Positions 63,575 to 64,000 of a stretch of DNA of 64,000 bases are shown here, piece after piece. Within the stretch, counting starts at the first letter, position 1. Each line of letters starts with the position of its first letter. Under the pieces are notes generated by a model. That model was given only the letters and a program-made list of their open reading frames with translations, was not told where the DNA came from and ran no database searches. Origin of the DNA: Vicugna vicugna (lineage: Eukaryota). The translations under genes and the position numbers were made by a program. The stretch is taken from positions 868,001 to 932,000 of the forward strand of contig MU057701.1 of the NCBI GenBank assembly GCA_013265495.1. Direction: 5' to 3'.

Positions 63575-64000
63575 GTAAGAAGGTGTTCCCTCTCCTCCTG
63601 TATCCAGTGTGTAGCATCTCATTTTATTCTTTTTTTTTCCCTTGAAATTCTGATTAAGTTTACAGTGTCAGCTTTTCTAGAATTTACATTTTTGTCCCTA
63701 GAGTGAAAAAAAGTGACATGTCTTTTGAGACAAGACAGAGATTTTGTATCTGTAAGTACGTTGTCATCGCTAGACTGGCCACTTGGAGAGGTTAGTCTCT
63801 TGATTAAAACATTTGAGGACCCTCTTGGCAGTAGCTCTTATTTTCTATGGCATAGTCTTGCCAGAAGTTAGCAGGAGCCAAGTTTCATGAGAAAAGTAGA
63901 CAGAGAAACTGCGAAATGATGTTGAAAGAAAAATAAAGTGTGCCCATGAAGTAAGACCAGATTTCTTCCTTGACTTGTAACTGATCCTGCAGGCATGGCT

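Noticed and set aside
1..64000. Intronic snoRNA, miRNA or nested protein-coding gene
   Set aside because: No convincing box C/D, H/ACA or pre-miRNA structure recognised by eye; an Rfam/Infernal scan is needed to exclude them

Overview
Eukaryotic (mammalian) genomic DNA lying entirely inside one + strand gene, BPTF, the large scaffold subunit of the NURF chromatin-remodelling complex. I can trace 23 internal coding exons from 2004 to 63574. All have GT-AG boundaries and their splice phases chain into one open frame (6812 nt, or 6893 nt with an alternative donor). The start (DDT/PHD1) and end (PHD2/bromodomain) of the gene lie outside the window. The introns are a patchwork of old L1M/L2/MIR/MaLR/DNA-transposon remnants, plus younger lineage-specific L1 pieces and tRNA-Ala-derived SINEs that suggest a camelid genome (inference). 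I found no evidence for a prokaryotic-type or wholly new system. The most interesting signals are in-frame alternative-splicing modules, a (TG)19 tract next to a frameshifting exon, many exon junctions that recreate 5' splice sites, an unusual L1 3' end present twice in inverted orientation (one copy nested inside a SINE), an apparently complete MaLR element, an intronic minisatellite, and a ~1.45 kb unexplained insert. Repeat family names and comparisons with human BPTF are from memory of consensus sequences and need confirmation by RepeatMasker/BLAST.
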